Below are positions 60,620 through 64,000 of a stretch of 64,000 nt of DNA, piece after piece. The position numbers and the translations under genes were made by a program. Numbering within the stretch: position 1 is the first letter of the stretch; every line of letters begins with the position of its first letter. The stretch comes from Candidatus Binatia bacterium (lineage in GTDB: Bacteria > Desulfobacterota > Binatia > UBA9968 > CAXXLF01), in the NCBI GenBank assembly GCA_963664015.2, contig CAXXLF010000002.1, positions 1,312,001 through 1,376,000 of the forward strand. The letters run 5' to 3'. The notes under the pieces were generated by a model. That model did not search any database. It was not told the origin of the DNA and saw only the letters and a program-made list of their open reading frames with translations.

Positions 60620-61876
60620 ATGTTTTTTATCCAAACCTTCCGCGCTTTTCGCCATCGGGACTATTTTATATTTTGGAACGGATTGTTTTTCGGCCACCTT
60701 GGCTCCCTAATCCAGACGACCGCCGCTGGATGGTTGATCCTCATGCTCACGGACTCTCCCTTTTACCTCGGACTCAACGGGCTATGTCTGGGATTACCAC
60801 GAGTGATCTTCTCACCTTTAGGCGGAGCCGTTGTCGATCGGCTGGACCGGCGGTTGCTCTTTTATCTCACCCAAAGCCTGTTTCTTCTTATGTCCCTCTT
60901 CCTTGCCCTGATGAATTACTCGGGCTTGATCCAGGTTTGGCACGTGTTGATGGTTTCAGCCCTGACGGGGTTTATATTGTCCTTCGAACAGCCCATAAGG
61001 CAGTCGCTCCTGCATCACCTGGTGCCCCAGGCAGACCTAATTAATGCAGTTAGCCTTTACAATCTCATCTTTAACGGAGCGCCTCTGATCGGGCCGGCTA
61101 TCGCCGGTGCGCTGATCCCGATCATCGGCACCGCCGGCTGTTTTTTCTTTCACTCGGCGGGGAGCGCCATCGTCCTCATCACCATTGGTTTGATTCGGAT
61201 TCCTAAAACAGTCGCACCAAAACAGAAGAAATCTCTGGGCCGAGATATGACCGAGGGACTAGCCATCGCTTGGAACACACCCATTTTTTTCTCCCTCTTT
61301 ACAGCCCTGGCAATAATCAGTTTTTTCACCAAGCCGTACAACCAGTTCATGCCGGTTTTTGCCCGGGACATCCTCCTGGTCGGAGCCCCCGGCCTCGGTC
61401 TCCTCCTGATGGCCCCTGGAGCAGGTGCCATTGTGGGTGGACTGGTTCTCGCCTCCGCAAGGCATTTTCCAAAAACCTACCGTCTGATGTTTGCCCTGAT
61501 GGGTGGTTTTGGATTCGCCCTGATCCTCTTTTCGAGTTCACGTTCATTTTCACTGTCGCTTGTTTTTCTATTCCTTGCGGGCGTATTCCAGTCAACGTTG
61601 CTGACAGTCATCACTACCACCTTGCAGCTCTATTCGACGGACCGTACCCGAGGACGGATCATGTCGCTTTACGGACTATTTAATCGTGGGTTGGGGCCTA
61701 TGGGGGCCTTTCCCATGGGGATTTTCGCCACCTGGTTCGGGGCACCCGTCACCATTGCCATGGGAGCCGTGGTGGGAATGGGCATCACCGTGTACATCAC
61801 TCTTTGGAGTCCCCACCTACGCAGGGCAGGATCGCTGGCGGAACCGTCAGGGATTAGGAAGGAGAGTCCGAATTAA
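60620..61876 (+). CDS. MFS transporter (DHA3/MFS_3-like)
   Basis: About 12 TM segments, GAVVDRLDRR, GPAIAG and RGRIMSLY. Confidence 0.9.
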   Translation: MFFIQTFRAFRHRDYFIFWNGLFFGHLGSLIQTTAAGWLILMLTDSPFYLGLNGLCLGLPRVIFSPLGGAVVDRLDRRLLFYLTQSLFLLMSLFLALMNYSGLIQVWHVLMVSALTGFILSFEQPIRQSLLHHLVPQADLINAVSLYNLIFNGAPLIGPAIAGALIPIIGTAGCFFFHSAGSAIVLITIGLIRIPKTVAPKQKKSLGRDMTEGLAIAWNTPIFFSLFTALAIISFFTKPYNQFMPVFARDILLVGAPGLGLLLMAPGAGAIVGGLVLASARHFPKTYRLMFALMGGFGFALILFSSSRSFSLSLVFLFLAGVFQSTLLTVITTTLQLYSTDRTRGRIMSLYGLFNRGLGPMGAFPMGIFATWFGAPVTIAMGAVVGMGITVYITLWSPHLRRAGSLAEPSGIRKESPN

Positions 61877-63542
61877 ACCGTTCGGTCGGGAATCCGGCGT
61901 TTTCGCCCTCCGGCAGGACCACCAGGATAAATGTCTGCTCCGTCTTCATCCCACCGCTCGTGATATGCATTGTGATGCGATGGCGGCCGATAGGCGTAGA
62001 GGACGTGGTCTGGAGGGTAAAGGGGAGCGACACCCGACTGTTCTGGGCCCCCAGGGTCGCAGAGAGCCTTCCAAAGGTCCATAGAACTCCAGGTACCGAA
62101 TTGGGCGTTATGAATTTGACCTCCCCTTCAAAGTTGAAATGCCTGTTCAAGATAACGGTAAAGGTCACCTCGGAACCTCGCCCCACGGCTTTCCCGGCCT
62201 CCGAGAGCTTGGCGCTATAGCACTGGCTGGCAGGGTCCTTCGGGTCGGAGCCCCAGCGGATCTCCTCCTGATTGGGGCAGTTGTCACCGTCATCATCACC
62301 CAAGCCAACCGGCTGAACCGTAATCGATTCGTGGCCCCAGGCACACCGACCCGCATTGTCTTCCAGTTAGGCGTTGTTGTTGATCAGGAACGCCCCCGAC
62401 GTGCTCGCGAAATCAGCCCGTGCGACCAGCTTCCTACTTCCGCTCGCCCCCGGTTCCATGTCGCCCAGCTTCCAGGCGATGACGTTACCAAACTCGGAGC
62501 CACCGTCACTGGCTGGCACGAAGACCATTCCAGCAGGCAGCACGTCTTTCAAGGTTACCCCCTTCATGGTCTGATCCGGGCTATTGTTGGTATAAGTCAA
62601 TATGTAAGTGATACGTCCACCGATCAAGACCGGGTTGGGATTGTGGGTCGCCATGAGGGACATGACCGACTCACACCTTCCGCCGGCTCCACTACCGCCC
62701 TTTCTCGCCGTTCCGACATCGTTTACGGCCGGCGCAAATTCCGGATACTTAGACGAGCCGCCAGTCGAGGCAGAGGGCAGTTGTTCACGGGTAATCTCAA
62801 TCTTATTTTCCGTAATAATGATATGCTCCACCCCTCCTTCGGTCTTGATGATGGTCTCACCCGGGGCTGTGCGAGCGACCTCTGGATCAAGAGCCGTATC
62901 CCCACCACCCGCAACCGGCCCATTCTGGGCTCCGGTATCGGTAGTGGCATCACTCGTGGCCGCCGGTGTCGTCGTTCCAGCTACTTCCTCAGTTTGCGGA
63001 GCTTCACCCTCTGGTGTTGGAACTATTTCTCCTACAGAAGTCTTCGGTTCGTCACCGCCGGAGACCGGACCCGACTGACCGGTTTGGGTCGTCGTCGGCC
63101 TACCCAACTCGAAGGCCTGTTCAATGCTCGTGCCCGTTGAACCCGTGTTGTAAGATGACGGGAAGGTCACGCCGTAGGTCTGGGACCCCACGCTGTTGGA
63201 AGATTGATCGCCCCCAGGTATCCCCACAATGGTCGCATAGCTGGAGTTGGAGCTATTTCCCTCCGCATCGTATATGTTGGCATTGTTAACCAGTTGGTTT
63301 CCCGTTTGTGCAGAGGAGGCGACCTGCACCAGCAAGGTGCGGATCCCTTTGGAACCCGGTGCCAGTGTACCCAGAGATCACATCACCACGTTATCCGTGT
63401 CGTTCACGGTACCACCGTCGCTGGCCGAGATAAAAAGCGTATTGGTGAGCATCACCTGAGATGCATTCCCGGTCGCGTTGCTGGAATGAGCGAAGTTCAG
63501 AGAAATCGTGAACTGGTCTCCGAGAGTAAAATAGTCTTCCAT
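61854..63542 (-). pseudogene. DUF11-repeat surface protein with two in-frame stops
   Basis: One frame from ATG 63542, with TGA 63378-63380 (NVVM*SLG, a Trp position) and TAA 62367-62369 (NNA*LED). DUF11 pattern ITYILTYTN..V.LKDVLPAGM.FV.ASDGG; TSP3-like DDDGD..EE..WGSDP. Confidence 0.75.
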
Positions 63543-63566
63543 CTTCTGCCTTTTTCTCGTGTCTTT

Positions 63567-63947
63567 TTAATCACCTTTCCGGCCCGTGCGGCCGTAACGG
63601 TCCTCTAAACGAACAACATCGTCGAGTTCGGATGTCGATACCTCTAGGATATCACAATCATCAAGGGCCATCATCCGATGCCTGGTCCCGGGGGGGATGT
63701 GGACACAATCACCCGGTTCGAGCCGTTGTTTCACCCTTTCTCCCTGAACCTCTGTTTCCAATTCCAAAGAACCGTGCAAGATATGGATCGACTCGTCTTT
63801 TACTCTATGATATTGATAGCTTAGACTCTCCCCCCTCTTTACGTGCAGGACCTTGCCCGCATAATGGTCCGTACGGGCCCAGATGAGCTCATAGCCCCAG
63901 GGTTTTTCTATCTTTTCCGGCTTATGTGGTAGGGTTTTATCGGCCAT
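63567..63947 (-). CDS. Cupin protein (mannose-6-phosphate isomerase type II-like)
   Basis: EKPWGYE, LSYQYH..KDE, HIPPG..HR and EVST.ELDDVVRLED.YGR. Confidence 0.88.
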   Translation of the reverse strand: MADKTLPHKPEKIEKPWGYELIWARTDHYAGKVLHVKRGESLSYQYHRVKDESIHILHGSLELETEVQGERVKQRLEPGDCVHIPPGTRHRMMALDDCDILEVSTSELDDVVRLEDRYGRTGRKGD

Positions 63948-64000
63948 ATCTCGTAACTATTAGGATACCAAATGTCGCGGCTTTTAGACCAGCGTATTAA

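Noticed and set aside
62139-63140. 333-aa plus-strand ORF
   Set aside because: Antisense shadow of the DUF11 gene with no recognisable motifs.
63378-63380. In-frame TGA in the DUF11 gene as a second selenocysteine
   Set aside because: It aligns with the Trp of the sister repeat (NVIAWKLG), so TGG>TGA is likely. The gene also carries an in-frame TAA.

Overview
This 64 kb window looks like a chromosomal segment of a deltaproteobacterial-type organism, most like Ca. Binatota (inferred from gene style, not tested). The right two-thirds is mostly housekeeping: tldD/pmbA, tal, trpEG, folK, dapL, coaD, rsmD, mpl/ldcA, groES-groEL, ffh-rpsP-khpA-rimM-trmD-rplS, rarA and tRNA-fMet. The left third is accessory. 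It has the 3' end of selD, a tctCAB transporter, and a visibly AT-richer ~6 kb block made almost entirely of gene-expression factors (RRM protein, RpoD paralog lacking sigma1.1, long XRE regulator, CarD paralog, Zn-finger/SEC-C and small basic proteins). tRNA-Sec follows, then catabolic genes and several decaying pseudogenes (UbiD, M24 peptidase, BNR propeller, ABC binding protein, putA). Main observations: (1) the sigma70/XRE/CarD/RRM block as a candidate uncharacterised transcription-reprogramming module; (2) an OsmC-family selenoprotein split by the ORF caller, with in-frame TGA at the catalytic Cys position and a SECIS-like hairpin, directly upstream of a CGPC thioredoxin-TPR gene; (3) an archaeal-type GAPDH homolog; (4) at least three families of intergenic hairpin/MITE-like repeats, one flanking iclR in inverted orientation and one placed at nearly fixed spacing after consecutive stop codons. 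No CRISPR array, integrase or transposase was seen. All family calls come from motif recognition by eye; no database search was run.
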